A DNA stretch of 63,420 bases, the filler included, from Reticulomyxa filosa (taxonomy: Eukaryota > Protista > Foraminifera): assembly GCA_000512085.1 (NCBI GenBank). It is 31 parts of 31 records of this genome, joined end to end, with 100 filler letters (N's around TTAATTAATTAA, not from the genome) between each part and the next. Parts side by side here need not be neighbours in the genome. Positions count along the whole stretch, not along the records: positions 60,859 to 63,420 come from ASPP01025418.1; 30 more parts are not named here. The stretch is one strand, 5' to 3'. This document shows positions 62,570-63,420 of the stretch, piece after piece. Position numbers and translations under genes: made by a program. The notes below the pieces were generated by a model that was given only the letters and a program-made list of their open reading frames with translations, was not told where the DNA came from and did not search any database. Positions within the stretch are counted from its first letter, which is position 1; every line of letters starts with the position of its first letter.

Positions 62570-63343
62570 TCAATGCATGTTATCTAAAATTTGTTGTTCA
62601 ACTAATATTGGAAGGACCTCTATTTGCTCCAATTCTGTTTGCAAATTGGTTAAATCATCTCTTTCATTTGTGCTATGATAATTTTCAATGAATGCTTTCA
62701 AAGACGACATTATATTCGATACGCTGATGCTATTCGATCTCCTCATAGATGGTACCTCACTGCAGCATTTTATGTTTCGAATTACTCGTTTCACCAATTC
62801 ATTTGAGATGCTGCATGCTTCAACCATGTATTTTTTTGCTACATATTTCGTTGCTTCTACTGTTATATGAGTTTTCAGCCATTGTAATTTGTTGTTATTT
62901 TCATTTTCGTGAGATAAACAGTTGTATTGATCTTTATATGGATCGATGAGATCCGATACATTCATGTATTTGAACTAAGAACTTTTTTTGACACATACAC
63001 TCAGAACAATGTCCGTCACATTGTCATTAATTTACAGAATTTGCGTGTACTCTTGTCGTCTGTATGAATTAAACACAACCATTTCTCTTTTGTGAATAGA
63101 AAAATAGATTGACATATACACCTACCGTGTGGTTGTTGGACTAGTGGCGGGACTGGAATCACGTCTGTAGTCAGAGCTAGATGATCTGTTGTTTATTATT
63201 TCGTCAATATTCAATAGTTCTTCGTTTTCACTTTCACGTATTTTATTTGCCATTTTCAACAGCTTTTTCTTCGCAATCAGAGCCAACTGTACGTGTATAA
63301 AAGTTTTTTTCCATTCTTCATCTTTTTCTTTCCTTTCTGCCAT
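62570..63343 (-). pseudogene. Hypothetical spliced gene, apparently disrupted
   Basis: Two protein-like frames (63343-63122 and 62965-62570) are separated by an intron-like segment and a stop or frameshift. No family recognised. Confidence 0.3.
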
Positions 63344-63420
63344 TTCAATAATGAAATGATAAAGTTCAAAAAAAATTTTTTAAAAAAAACTTTCAACGAG
63401 ATTACTTCTTTTGACTATCT

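Overview
This window is not one locus. It is a pseudo-scaffold of 31 short, unrelated contigs (about 1-5.7 kb) joined by 30 artificial 100-nt linkers (N44-TTAATTAATTAA-N44), so neighbourhood across a linker carries no information. Most contigs come from an AT-rich, intron-containing, pseudogene-rich protist. From memory, the expanded Kelch, WD40 ('LGWIxDFDK' N-terminus) and NACHT-HEAT families match the foraminiferan Reticulomyxa filosa; I could not verify this. Host content includes Rab/Ras GTPases, a MAPK, CAP-Gly, SAM, TBC, PH, AlkB, RING proteins, CDT1-like and dynein pseudogenes, a long uninterrupted CRE-like RLE retrotransposon ORF, LINE remnants and a Tc1 remnant. Two contigs are bacterial. 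One is GC-rich and carries a GmrSD-type (DUF262+HNH) nuclease. The other is an AT-rich Ig-like tandem-repeat gene in which TGA sits at a conserved glycine, suggesting genetic code 25 (Gracilibacteria/Absconditabacteria). The best candidate for a new system is an NLR-like protein at 53899-56529 (Cys4 module + RelA/SpoT-like synthetase domain + NACHT ATPase). Unlinked contigs carry further NACHT-HEAT-ankyrin paralogues and a DACRG caspase-like protease, which hints at a rhizarian innate-immune or cell-death toolkit. All domain calls come from reading motifs by eye; no searches were run.
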